The notes below the pieces were generated by a model that was not told the origin of the DNA, searched no databases, and saw only the letters and a list, made by a program, of their open reading frames with translations. A DNA stretch of 64,000 nucleotides from Macrostomum lignano (taxonomy: Eukaryota). The DNA lies in the NCBI GenBank assembly GCA_002269645.1, contig NIVC01000805.1, forward strand, positions 35,258 through 99,257. Reading direction: 5' to 3'. This document shows, one piece after another, positions 11,716 to 25,154 of the stretch. A program made the position numbers and the translations under genes. Within the stretch, counting starts at the first letter, position 1; every line of letters starts with the position of its first letter.

Positions 11716-12827
11716 CAAGCCAAATCCAAGAATGCGAGACGGCAGGACTACAGACGGAAGAGTTTATGAGCCAGTCTGCAAGTTATCATGTTTCAGTGTC
11801 TAATAAGGCTTGGTTAGTCCAGAAATCAGTTTGAAAACTGAACTTTTTCTGGTTGTAAATTACGTCTATATTTGTAAGCTGAATGTCAGGACAGCAAAAG
11901 ACACCAAAAAAATCTTCTCTTCTTTACTTTGACTTACCAGTACAACAATACACAAATACACACTATAACGCACTGTCATAAGCAGAGTTGTGTCTCCAAC
12001 TCTCTCCCAGCCTCTTTGCTGCCAGACGAAATTCGATCTTCAATTTCTGGTCGGATGTTTCATCTTTCGCACGTCTCGATTTTAGTAGAAATTTTCCGCC
12101 ATTTTTGCTTCTATTTACGTTCATATACTGCCCAAGAAACAGCTTAACAAGATCCGGCCTATTGAGCGTAATCAGATTTCCTTAGACCCCACCGACTATT
12201 TATGACTGAGAAAGGGAGTGCGCGAGAAAGTGGACCAATTATTGCAATTTTCGGAACTCTGGTTGACTCACTGACCCCGTGAACATTTACTTATTTTGAA
12301 AAGAAATAGATAATAGATAATTCATTCTGAGATAAGAAAGTTAGCGAAAATCAACGTCGTAAAAATCAACTTGAATTGGTTTTTCTAAGAAAACGTATCG
12401 TCCTGTCGGCTAAGAACTGTAATTAGCGGTTTCACAGACACTTAATTGGATAATTGGTTAATAGCAACTGAAATGGTTATATTAAACCACTGGAACTCCG
12501 TACTCAAACTTACAAAATTGTTTATTTTAATCGAAATCAATATTATTATTAAACCAGCTTTTTATACTCGTAGGTCTGTTTCTAGTTCAAGTTTACCGTG
12601 ATCCTAGGATCCTTGGCTAACAGTTTCTAGCAATTTTATCGGGGTGTTTTTCGGCAGGCCCCGTTTCTTGGACAAGAATAACCTGTTGGATGACAGCCAA
12701 CTAGCCAACTAATTAGCCACTCTGTAATTAATAATTATATTGTACAACTGCAATGCTGCTATTTATTCTCACATGTCTGAGCAGACAATTTCCTCAGATG
12801 AGCAAGAAAATAGTAGCGCTAGACCTA

Positions 12828-13178
12828 TTTAACAATGGCGCTAGATCTATTTAGCAATGGCGCTAGATCTATCTAGCAATGGCGCTAGATCTATTTAACA
12901 ATGGCGCTAGATCTATTTAACAATGGCGCTAGATCTATTAAACAATGGCGCTAAATTTATTTAACAATGGCGCTAGATCTATTTAACAATGGCGCTAGAT
13001 CTATTAAACAATGGCGCTAGATCTATTAAACAATGGCGCTAGATTTATTTAACAATGGCGCTAGATCTATTAAACAATGGCGCTAGATCTATTAAACAAT
13101 GGCGCTAGATCTATTAAACAATGGCGCTAGATCTATTTAACAATGGCGCTAGATCTATTTAGCAATGGCGCTAGATCC
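12828..13178. repeat. 22-bp minisatellite (caatggcgctagatctatttaa)
   Basis: About 16 copies. Confidence 0.95.
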
Positions 13179-14254
13179 ATTCTATTTTAGTATAATTTTA
13201 AATATAATTTTAGATACAAAATCAATTTGATAATGTTATGCTGCACCACAGGCTGTCACTATGGGATATTCGATACGGAATTTCTCACTGTTAATGCAAA
13301 ACGCAATCCATCACTAATGGTTGTAGGAACCGAAGTGCCCCCTGCTGGCAATTTCAAACTGATCTTTATCAACTAAACAAAAAATTCGATACGCTACAAA
13401 CAAACGAATAACAGACAGGAACGGATGCACTGGAAAATAGTGAAACAGATTTTGTTCGCGCCTCACGTCTTCTGATCAACAGCTCCGGTGGGGAATCGGA
13501 AATAATTAAGAGCAAAAATTCGGCGGTGAGGGGGGTGGGACAGACATTCAAGCTCGGGTTGCTTGCCCCGGTTGTCAAGCTATGGATGGCTCAAGTCCTC
13601 CCTCTTAGAGACACACGTGACGCTTGGAGACTGGGTTGTTCTTGAGCACGCGCTGAATCGGCCTCTCGAGTCCAATGACCAACGCTGAGACTGAATTTTG
13701 ACGCAAAAGTCGCGGCATTAACTTTGGAAATCAAACGAGTGTAAAAGAAATAAAAGAATTGAAACTCCCCGCTGACCACGGTTCAGCACGGAGCGCTCTG
13801 GTCTAGTGGAAAATCTCGCTTTTGACTCGGGGGTTTCCATCTCGAGTCGTTGGATTTCTTGCAGACATTTTGTGACTGAGGCTGTCTGCCTTCAGCCCAT
13901 CGGTAGCCATGGAGCCTCGAGTGCATAAATCTCTTTCTTAGGAAAAAATCGACTCAATTGTTTTATTTGTTTGGCGCACGCGTCAGTCTCACCCGTTGCT
14001 GTCGGCCGGTGAAAGTCCATATTGGCCATTGTTGACATCAATACATGGAATCCCCTCGAGGCAAAAACCATTTTGTCCTTCACACATCTTTAGACTGTCA
14101 GAATGAGATTTATGAAAACTAAAACAACCGGTGGGTCTCCTCTCTATAACGAAGCTTGAACTTGGCACCTGTCGCACTGTTCAACCAAACTTCCTGTAAA
14201 GACCATCCAGGCTGGCAGGATTAGAGGACTGCCTCTAATTCTGAATTGGTGAGA

Positions 14255-14480
14255 AAGCCCTTCTCAAATGAACTGGCGCCCTTCTCAAATGAACTGGTGC
14301 CCGTCTTAATTGAAATGGCGCCAGACTCAAATGAAATGGCGTCCGTCTTAAATGAACTAGCGCCCCTCTCAAATGAAATGGCGCCCTCTCAAATGAAATG
14401 GCGCCCCTCTCAAATGAAATGGCGCCCCTCTCAAATGAAATGGCGCCCTTCTCAAATGAAATGGCGCCAGACTCAAATGA
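14255..14480. repeat. about 21-bp minisatellite (tcaaatgaaatggcgccct)
   Basis: About 10 copies; the same family recurs at 19175-19575. Confidence 0.9.
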
Positions 14481-15184
14481 GGCCCTCCAAGTTTAAAACC
14501 TTGGCAATGTCCTGATAAGCAGATGTGCCTTGAAAAAACTTCAAATATCCTTGTCATCCTTTTGCAAGCGTCCACCTCAGAAAAGAATCCCTTGACTACC
14601 TGTTAGTTAGCGTTGTTGCGTGTCACTTTAATTCAACATTATTTCAAGATATCGTATTTCGATTTTCTTGTCCACCAACTAAGATTTTTCTGAGATTTCT
14701 GAGAAGGATTGAGGAATGCGGGATTCAACTTTTTTTACCTGACCATATGGTCAGGGGATATCGTTACAGTTGAGATGCTAATGAAGGATAAGTGAAAGTG
14801 TTTAGAAAATTGGATAGGGGTAGGTCTGTGAAATCGTTTCGAAAAAAAATATATGTCCAGCATCGTGCATACAGGAGTTTTTCTGGCCAATATGTGCCTG
14901 TGTATCTATCGATCAATCAATCCTGATACAGATTGCAGAACATGGAGTGGATGCGTGTGTGCTCACCTGAATTTTATATGGCATTGATATGCCCTCCCTA
15001 ATGGGGAATCTGTTGGCTGAGATAGGAATATTTCAGGGTCCCATCGCCTCGCTCTTGGAGTTTGTGTTTGTAATGTACACAATGGCCTCTGAGCGTTTGA
15101 CCGCATTTTAAACAGATCGGAATATTCTATTCAATATTGGGCAATAATATATCCTCATGGAGGTCTGGGCGCGTTTTATCTGCC

Positions 15185-15535
15185 CAAAACTTTACAATCC
15201 ACAAACTTCACAATCCACAAACTTCACAATCCACAAACTTCCCAATCCACAAACTTCACAATCCACAAACTTCCCAATCCACAAATTTCACAATCCACAA
15301 ACTCCCCAATCCACAAATTTCACAATGCACAAACTTCACAATCCATAAACTTCACAGTTCCAAAACTTCACAATCCGCAAACTCCCCAATCCACAAACTT
15401 CACAATCCACAAACTTCACAATCCACAAACTTCACAATCCGCAAACTCCCCAATCCACAAACTTCACAATCCGCAAATTTCACAATCAACAAACTTCAAA
15501 ATTCACAAACTTCACAATCCACAAACTTTCCTATC
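15185..15535. repeat. 16-bp minisatellite (acaaacttcacaatcc)
   Basis: About 21 copies. Confidence 0.9.
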
Positions 15536-15954
15536 CTCAAAATTCTGAATCCTCCTAACTAATCTACTTCAATATACGAGCGTATGAAGCCAGGTGACTT
15601 AAAAAGCCATAATTTGGGGTCCTTGTTAAAGTCATGTGTGGCTATCAGAATATTTAAGACTTGAACAAAGAATGGATCAAAGCTGCTTCATGTATTCAAT
15701 CTGATCTGAGCAATTTGATAGAGGTCTTTCTGTGAGCAGAGTTTTCATTGCGTGTCCAAAAGTCACTAAAAATCTTGGCAGAAATTTTGTCAAGTCAAAA
15801 TAAGTTTATCTCCCAATGCTCACGAATATTTAGAGTTCCACATCTGTTACGCCTTTTTTCAAAATATCGAATCAGTCAGGATACTAGATTTTTCTGGTCT
15901 GTGTTTCTGTTATCTCTCTGCAACTGTACGCGAGTATCTCTAACTACGAGTATG

Positions 15955-16325
15955 TCTCTTCTTCTCTCCTCTCCTCTCCTCTCCTCTCCTCTCCTCTCCT
16001 CTCCTCTCCTCTCCTCTCCTCTCCTCTCCTCTCCTCTCCTCTCCTCTCCTCTCCTCTCCTCTCCTCTCCTCTCCTCTCCTCTCCTCTCCTCTCCTCTCCT
16101 CTCTTCTTCTTTCCCCTCCTCTCCTCTCCTCTCCTCTCCTCTCCTCTCCTCTTCTCTTCTCTCCTCTCCTCTCCTCTCCTCTCCTCTCCTCTCCTCTCCT
16201 CTCCTCTTCTCTCCTCTCCTCTCCTCTCCTCTCCCCTCCTCTCCTCTCCTCTCCTCTCCTCTTCTCTCCTCTCCTCTCCTCTCCTCTCTTCTTCTTTCCC
16301 CTCCTCTCCTCTCCTCTCCCCTCTT
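15955..16325. repeat. (CTCCT)n microsatellite
   Basis: Direct reading. Confidence 0.95.
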
Positions 16326-17649
16326 GTCTCATATTCTGTCCTCTCTCCTTTCTCTCTTTTTGCCACAAAGAGCTTTTAAAGCACTTTTCCCTTAAAGTTT
16401 ATTTGGGAGTTGTGTGGGCAGGGAAAATAATTGGCGCACAACACAGTTCCTCTGTGCAGTAAATAAAAATGCATAATTTTTATTTTTCAAGTAATTTACC
16501 CACGAATTAGTAAATGACTCTAATATGTGACGCTGTAATAAAAATCACTACACTGATTCATACACTTGATTTAGCATCCGTAGTATAGATCTGTATGCAT
16601 GCCGTATGCTTATAAAATTATTCAATACGCACTCAAAATATGACAAAGGCAAACCTCAGCTTCCCTGACCCTTCTCCCGGTGACACAGGAAGTGACAGGA
16701 AATTGATACCGGCATGGTAGGCTGCTACTATGATATACAGCAGAGACAAGGCTGAATATTCATTCAACAATGTAATATTTCTCGCTAAACAATTTGACAA
16801 ACAATTTGAGGCCAAACTCTGTTCCTCCAAAGTCTGAGTTGTTGCAGCTCTTATATATATACTCGTAGACAATCTTGAGTCTGCTCAGGAGTTTCCTCCT
16901 TACTCCTCGTGCTCTTCCTTGTTGACTCGAATCCCCCATCCCTGCATCCAGTTCTCTGTCTCGTCGTGTTCTCTGGCGCGCATGCCTTCAGAGCGGATCC
17001 GGCCGGTCAGGATGCTTTGGAAATCCTCACAAGCCCGTCTGTTCATCTGTTTATTCACCTCTGCAGCTGACTTGCCCGTTTGCTTTTCAGTAGACACATG
17101 CAGCGTTTGGGGGAAATGGGATGGGCCTCCTGTCTTATCTACAATCAAGCCGAGTCGCGTATAATAATGTATTTATATTGTATACATTCTAGTGGCAAAC
17201 TGGTGTCTTAAGTGTTGAATAATTGTGACAGATTGTTGGACTGCTAGAAATTCTGTATAACAGGCATTTGCAGTTCGTGTTCTTGCACAGAATTGAGTTG
17301 CTTGTTTGGGGTGCTCAGACAGGAGTCCTTTATATGTTTGTTAGGTCAATGTACTCAGTGGCATTAATGGGTCGGTTTGTAGACAACCGACGATCCAAGC
17401 TTCAGGTTCTTCGGGTCATTCACAGATTCTTTAAGTTCCTCGATTAATTCAGGTTCATCAGTTCATTCAAGTACTTCAGTTTCTTCTGGTCATTCAGGAA
17501 GTTCAGAAATTTCTTAAAAGTCTTTCAGATTCTTTATTTTAGGTAATTCAGTGGACAAAGTTCAGTGGAACCATAAATTTTCCAAGTTCCTCTTTCTGGC
17601 CTATTTTAGATAGAAATATTGATACCACGCAGAATTAGTGCAGTAAATA

Positions 17650-18530
17650 ACTTTTTGTAGTAATTTTTTTCACAAGCAACTACAAGGGAAGATTGGTGCT
17701 GGACAGAAGAAATTACGGAAGCAGGAAGAGGATGAGACGGGACTGGACAGGACTTCAAACCCAAAGAGTCAGGGGCATCAGATTTGTGAATTAAAAGTTG
17801 TATCGCATGCCTCCCTATCTAGTCCTATCTGCTCCGCTTTTTACTGACCGTTCTGAAGGTTTATTGCGTGAAGCAACTCAGGAAGTCGTTTCTGAAGCCT
17901 CCTGACCACCAGCAGCTTCTACAATACAATACAAGGCCGTCAAGCCCCTTTAACCCCTTCGGGGCAAAAATGCTTAAAAACATTTTTAAAACCCCTCCCT
18001 GCGTGCTTGTCTCCGTTAGCTCCGTTCTCTCCTCTTTTCTTTGAAAGTGTATGAAGAAGAGGAGCGAAGGGATTAAGTGTTGGGTTGGGGATGAGGCAGA
18101 GTCTCCTGAAAAGATAAGAGCTCGCAGCTTCCCCTGCTCTCTCTTCCCTTCCTCTCTTTTCTTTCGTTGGTTTTCTTACGAGCCGTCTGTCCCAGTTTCC
18201 TGCAAGATTATAATAAATTTACTGTCATGCTTTTGCCTGAGCTGTTAACTGTGAAGAAGGACCTGGGCCCTGCCCTCAACTATAATACAGTTTATGAATT
18301 GGGCGACTTAAAAGTTTAAGTAGGCTATTGTCAATCGAAGGGTGAAAGCGATTTTGAGCGAGAAATTGTCTGCCTGTCCTGTCTGCTTCTACTAAGGAGC
18401 AGAGATTTTTCAGCTTCAGAGATGGTCACGACGAGTGGGAGGGGGAATAGGGAGGCAGAAAGGATGGCGTGGCTACCCGGGACCGGATCCGCTCCGCCTC
18501 TCCTGATGACTTCCGCGAATTTCAATGGCC
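17650..18530 (-). mobile_element. Possible decayed non-LTR ORF1 (gag-like) relic
   Basis: Interrupted minus-strand translation contains SKSLSPF, LRAG and LPHPQPNT, resembling the LSPF / KLRSG / PH..LNT blocks of I/Jockey-type ORF1. Many stops. Confidence 0.35.
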
Positions 18531-19174
18531 CGATGAGCTGCTTCTTCGTGCATCCTCGGGCGCTGAGGAGGAGGGATGATGGGGAGTGAAAGAGGCTGAG
18601 CCTTGCTAGACAATACTAACGCCAACTAAAGCACTATAGAAGCCCCTCTATGGCGGATGAAGCTGAGAAGCTGGTCTCTTCCTGAATCAGTGTGCAATAG
18701 ATTAGGGCTGGTCTGTCTCTCACTCACCCTCATATACTGTCATCTTCATCGGTTGAAGGTGGTCTTTTATATAAGAAAAAAGGTGAGTCTCAGCAGCTAA
18801 GTCCAGCCTAGAAGATGAGGCGGATCTCTCTAGCAGGATGGGAGATGGTGGCGCCCTCACATTTTTAGAAATTGATGAAGAAAAAAGTAGGTTCAAGGAG
18901 TTGAAATAGTGTGGAAGCTGGACTACGAGTAATCCTCTTGATGACGGACTGACAGTTAGTCAATCTCGCTGAACCTGCCTATATCATCATTATAGTCATT
19001 TTTAGATCTCTATATCTGAAATATTTTCATAAAGAGCAAAAAAATGAAAAAGCCCAAGTGTCCCAAATTGAATCACCGCGACTTTCATGCTTTCACTTTT
19101 TGTTTGATTATTTTGCTATCAATTTATACTTTAAGAAGGTCAGCTGAGTGCTGCAAACTGTGTGCATAGATAAG

Positions 19175-19575
19175 GTGATGGCGCCCCTTTCAAATGAAAT
19201 GGCGCCCTTCTTAAATGAACTGGCGCCCTCTCAAATTCAGTTATGAATGAACTGATGGAGTCCCTCCTCTTAAATCAGATGGCACCCAATCAAATGAAAT
19301 GGCGCCCAATCTAATGAAATGGCACCCCTCTTAAAATGAAATGGCGCCCAATCTAATGAAATGGCACCCCTCTTAAAATGAAATGGCGCCCAATCAAATG
19401 ATATGGCGCCCAATCAAATGAAATGGCGCCCAATCTAATGAAATGGCACCCCTCTTAAAATGAAATGGCGCCCAATCAAATGAAATGGCGCCCAATTAAA
19501 TGAAATGGTGGCCAATCAAATGATATGGCGCCCAATCGAATGAAATGGCGACCAATCAATGAAATGGCGCCGTCG
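19175..19575. repeat. about 20-bp minisatellite (aatcaaatgaaatggcgccc), relative of the 14255 array
   Basis: About 18 degenerate copies sharing aaatgaaatggcgccc. Confidence 0.85.
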
Positions 19576-22500
19576 TGTAATGAAAAAAATGTCTGCTGTT
19601 GATGGCGCGCAAGAATCTGGATTAGCCCGGAATCAGATATCAACTAGCTAATGCCCTCAGTGGAAGAGGGGCGCAGAGGGGTCGAGGCGGCATGTGTCTG
19701 TCTGTCTACATAATGCGGGCAAACCTGAGGGGTGAGGGGGCAAAGTGGTCCCCCCTGGTCATGGAGATTTTCCTCAATCGAGTCTGACAGGAGGATGACT
19801 GCTCAATTCCATATTCTCTTATATACATTGTAAGCCCCCCCCCCTACTCCTCCGTTGGGGCTGAGAGCAAAGTTTTGGAAGAAAACGAAACACGGAGAAT
19901 TTCCAGTTCTCCCGCAATGTTTATCCCTCGCCGCCGCAGCACTCCCCCGCTCCCCTCTCCAGCTCAACCCCTGGGAAGATACACCTGGAGTCTATCACTT
20001 TCTGATGGCTGGCAAACACTCTTCTGCGACAGGGGACTCTAAGCCCCCTCACCCCCTGCCCTCGCATCTCCCATGCAGTCACTCCACTCCATCCCAATGC
20101 TTTGCTTTTTCCCCATCGAATGCCTGAAAACTTCTTTGGTCTTCTCCTCTTGCGACACTGTATTTCTCTTGAGAGCTTTGCAGGGACGAGAAGGCCTCTT
20201 CTTGCAGCTGCATAGCTTCATCTCTCCAGCCAGGGAGATCTGAAACGAAAATCTGGATTGACAACTCCTTTAGTTTTTGTATCGTATTAATTTTTAAAAA
20301 ATCGGTTAGATGACAAGGGATGTTGGTTTTCTCAAGTTTCGACTCCAATGGGATGGATCTCCACAGAGTTATAATTGGGTCAAGCAATTAAACAAAATCG
20401 TTTTTATATCGCTATCGCAAATTTTTTACGTCAATTTTATATTGTTTAATAATTTTTTTATTAATGCTTATAATAAGATGTTGCTCTAATGAATCAAGTG
20501 TTTTAAAGGTTCGAAAACTGATAAAACAGGAGTTATGAAACATGTAAATTTACTAACAATAAATCATGATCATATCTGCTGTCGGGCAGGGTTCCTGTAC
20601 TCCAAACTCTAGTTGTTGGTCTCCCTGTCTCTCTCAGCCCCGCCGATATTCCATCTTCCAAAACTTAATAGTTGGATCCCCCAGCATCCTTAGTCTTCAT
20701 CGCTTCTCAGTGAGTCTTCAAACGCGCCAATCCCTAAAAAAGCAAGGTAAAGATTAGATTTTCCTCTCCCTGCCCTGTCCCTCTCCCTCGCTCTCTTCAC
20801 CTCAGCGGCAGCAGCAGGTGAAGAGGAACCACACTGGGTTGGAAGGTCCAAAATTGGAAAATAATTCTTACTGAATAGTTAAAGACTTTTATATATTGTA
20901 TATACATGCAGCCCTAACATGCGGAGCAGACCAACATTCTTCACCACATCCAATCAATTGGCTGCCTGATTTTAGAGAGTTATAATTGCTATGAGCACAC
21001 ACACCGCACTGGGGGGAGAGAAGACTGACTGGACCTACTGAGCATTGAGATTGAGACTTCGGATGGCCGTAATCCATATAGATTATACTATATAAGATGA
21101 GGTGCTGCTCAGAATGTTGTGTCAAGCCAGATCCTCCAGGAGTTTGCTGAATTGCCAACCTTCTTCACTTCTTTCCCCTATTTTTCGGGCAAGTTGAAGC
21201 CAAGTTAAATCCCCCAGTCCCCAGGCGCGTCGCGCTACGTATTGACAGAGGAGGAGTTGGCGCAAACAGCCAGGTGCAGATTAGACCACCGGGCGAGACA
21301 AACACACACACTTTCCCTCCTCGCGGCTCCTCCTGACCTCCAGCGGGCAGAACCAGCAGCTGCGCAGCAAATTGACTTCTTTGTCCGGAGTCCGTTGAAG
21401 CCTATAGGCGGATGCCAGAGGATAGAGACCAGCGTGGGAACTCCTAAACTCAGGTTTCTTCAATCAAGTCTCTATTATAAGTGAGGAAAATCTCCGTGTG
21501 TGTGTGTGCTCATAGGCTGCTGGGGGAGACTCTCCTTGGGCAAGGCAGGTGTTTCGCAGTCTCAGATGAGTATTAGGGAATCTTGGCACCTCTGTTTTTA
21601 TTGTTATAGAGTTTATTTCCCCTACCTACCAGTCTCCCGTTACCGTGAGAACTCGCGTCTGCTGCAGCAGCTTCATTACCTCGGCGCTGATTGCTTAAAT
21701 AAAGAATTTGGAGATGCAGGAAATTCTATTAATTTGCCAGCGGCCTCTAGCGGTTCTGTTTTTACACCGTTGATTCGGAATAAAATTGAGCCTTGCGCAT
21801 GCAGCCGTGGAAAATGAGGAAATCTATTCTCTCTAGCCTCTCCAGATTATTGTTTTTATTTCCCATCTAGAATTGCCTCATTCACTGAGAGCTCTTTTTT
21901 TATCTGAATGGCGTTCTATCGAAACTGGAGTGAATTTCGCTCTTGATAAACTTTTTTATTGCTGATTTTCTTCAATATCAGTCAAGTAATTGATCGATTT
22001 AAATTCAAAAAGACGCAAATAGTAAAACAAAATACAATTATATGCGGCATGCAAGTATAACTTAGAGAATAAAATTTTCGTATATTAGATTTTTTAATAA
22101 ATATTTGTAAATTAACGCGAATGTAACTTCGACAATTGGTTGTACATGATAATTTATCATTCACTTTCTTGTTGGCAATTTAAATAACGCATATATACGA
22201 AATAAGATAGTCGCTAAGATTAACAATAAACAATTGCAAGCGATGTTTACAAAACCAGTGACAAACTCTGCAATATGCAACATACGATGCAAGCTTCAAA
22301 CATCAGAAACCGAACTTATGCTATTTAGAAAAGAAACAATTAACAATATAAGCAGGAAAAAGCGAATTTAGAAGCATTTCTTCTTGAGTCAATAGACTAC
22401 AAATTTAATTTCTATACAAAAGAGATTGTTGACCTCCAAATTAGTTGAACATTGAATGGCGGTGTGCAATGCAGCAACGAGGTACAGGTATGTGTGCGTA

Positions 22501-22715
22501 TGTGAACTGTTTATCAAGGGCTAGATAGTATGTATCGCTGACACCATTTACCACCAGAAAGCAATTTTAAGCAAACAAGCTAATATATAGCACGACTCTG
22601 CTATATTGTTTTACATGTTTTTACAATTAAATAATTATAGCACTTGTGCACAAATTTTCGATTGTCTCGCTAAGCGATTAAGAGTCGCAGAGATGCAATG
22701 TTACTCAATACTAGC

Positions 22716-25092
22716 TCAGCTCACCAGCTCAGCCTGAGGCGCAATCAACGGCTCGTCTTCTTCATCCTCGTCCTCGGCCAGCATCTCCTCGTCAACGTCC
22801 TCCTCTTCGGCGTCGTAGAAGTCCTCGTCCTCGTCCTCGTCGGTTCTGGGATCCTCCGACTCCGGGATGACATTGCCGAAGCGTTCGTGATTCCGGAGAT
22901 GTCGCTCCAGGTTGGCCCGCTGACCGAATCGTCTGGAGCAGGTGGCGCACTCGAACGGTCGCTTCTTTTGGTGGATGTTCTTCAGGTGGCGCTGCATGTT
23001 GGAGCTGATGCTGAACGCGCGGTCGCAGATGGGGCACTGGTACGGCTGCTCGCCTGTGTGCGTTCGAATGTGACGCGACAGATTTGCTGCCCTGGGAAAC
23101 GATTTGCCGCAGAATTCGCAGGTGTGCCGGCCACGACGGAGCTGACCGCCGAGGACGCCGTTGGCACCGCCGCCGTCGCTATGGTGTCGCTGGTGCTGAT
23201 GATGCGGCTGCGGATGCTGCGGGTGCAGCAGCTGCGACGGCGGAGGATTCCGTTGCGGCGACGGTTCCGATTTGCCTCCGTCGCTGGGCTCGATGAAGCG
23301 CCGATTGACCAGACTCCAGAACGCGGCCGGGTCCATCACTTTCGGCAGGGCCAAGATGCTGCTGTCGGCGGCTCCGCTGCAGCCGCCGCTGCTGCTGTTG
23401 CTGCTGTTGCTCGACTGCGGAGTTGGCGACAGCTTAGTTTGCTTTGCTGACGCGGCAGTGCGGGTTGTTGGCGAGGCCGACTTTAACTGACGCTTTCGCT
23501 TATGCCGTTGAACCGTAGGCTGCTGATCCAGTTCACCGTCGCTGCGGGCTTCCATCTCTTTTGGCTCGTCTTTCGCCGAAGCAACTTCCGATCCGCGAAG
23601 CTCCAGTTGGTTCTCTTCGTCGTAGTCGTCATTGTCGACGTCGTCAATAACCTGCTGTCGTTCAATGCGTTTCGGCACGCTGAGGTCCAGTGGCAGACCG
23701 TCTACACGTTTGCGATCCTCTGTGACGTCATCCCCATTTTCGGTCGGCGACTTGAAAGCCTCCTCCCCCACAACCAGATCCGATGGCTCATCGACCAGCG
23801 CGGAGGTGGATTGAGCCGCCGGCGACATTGATTGCTCCATCGACGAGTGCTGATGCTCTTCTGGCAGCTCCCTGGAGAGCTGCTGTCGAACCTCCGGCGT
23901 TGTTGACGAATGAGACGATGGCGGTGGCGGTGGTAGCGGTGGTGGCGGCGGTGGGGTCAGTTTGGGCAGCTGGAACGGGCGCTGCCGTTGCTGGAGCTCC
24001 TGTTGCTGATGAGGCGAGCCACCAGCGGCTGCCGCGGCAGCAATCGACTGCAGAAACTTGCGCTGCAGATCGCGATAGAACTCCGGCAGTCCTGCTGGCC
24101 CGCCCGAGCGGTGGTGGTGTTGAGAGTTCGACAGCGACGGAGGCGGCGGTGGAAATGGCATCGGCCACGGCGGCCTCTGGTGCAGCGGCAGCTCCGTCGG
24201 CCACTCGGGCAGCATCGGCCGGTGATGGCTGCCAGGGAAGAACGGCGGTGGCGGCGGCGGTGGCAACATCGACGGCGGAGGTCCCGGCGGATGCAGCATC
24301 GGGTTGGTCAACGGCGGTGGCGGCAGCAGAGCGGAATTCGCCGACCTGTGCATCTGGTGCAGCGGGTGGTGATGATGCTGCCGGTTCCCGTTGGCATGCT
24401 GCTGTCCCGACGCGGCCTTGCTGGGACTCGGTCGCCGATGCTCCGAGCGTCTCTCGTTGGAAGCGCCGCCGCCACTGCCGCCTGAGCTGTGGCAAGTCCT
24501 CCGGTGCTTGTCCAGCGAGTGCGCCGTGGAGAAGAGCTGGTCACAGCCTGGACAGCTGACTTTCTGACGGCAGGACGGCTGCATCCGCTTGTGCCGGCAC
24601 AGGTTGGAGAACTGGGTGTAGCTTTTCTTGCAAACGTCGCATTGGAACGGCTTGTGCGTGCCGTGGATGTGCATGTGCTGCTTGAGGCCGCTGCTAGTGC
24701 CGAAGCCTTTGTCGCAGATCGGGCAGGCGTGAGGACGCGACTCGCTTCGTCCGACGCTGCCGCCTCCGCTGCCGACGCCGCTGCCTACGAGACCTCCAGC
24801 TGGATGGAAACCGGCCGACTCCAGCATGTGTTGATGACTTTCGTTGACATCCTGGTCAAGATCGGGGTCTCCAAGCAGCTCGTCGGAGCAGTAGTTCAAC
24901 CGGCAGCCAATCAGCAGGTCGTCCTCTTCGTCGTCTTCTGGACCTTCGAACTCTTCGCCATCTGGGCCGACTTCTTCCGGTTCGGCGTCCAGGTCGGCTT
25001 CGGGGAAATCGGCGAGCTCTTCTCCGGACGGATCCGGCTGGGCCTGCTGGCGGAGCTGCTGCTGCTGCTGCTGCTCCTGATCGGCTGGCGTG
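22716..25092 (-). CDS. MECOM: Evi1/MECOM/PRDM16 (hamlet/egl-43) family zinc-finger factor, terminal exon
   Basis: Fingers [62 protein letters not shown] (EVI1 ZF5-7). PLDLS CtBP motif. [46 protein letters not shown] (ZF8-10). Acidic tail. Acceptor aatttcag|, phase 2. Confidence 0.95.
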
Positions 25093-25154
25093 CTGAAATT
25101 TTGAAAAGATTGAGTTTTTGTTTTAACGGCCATCAGATCGCCATCAAACGAAGC

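Noticed and set aside
13788-13850. tRNA-like 5' half (tggtctagtgg A-box)
   Set aside because: No B-box/T-arm or acceptor-stem pairing; not enough for a tRNA call.
13892-14177. Short ORFs near 13.9-14.2 kb and 28.4-28.8 kb as exons of unknown genes or upstream Evi1 exons
   Set aside because: No recognisable motif and no phase-consistent splice partners found.
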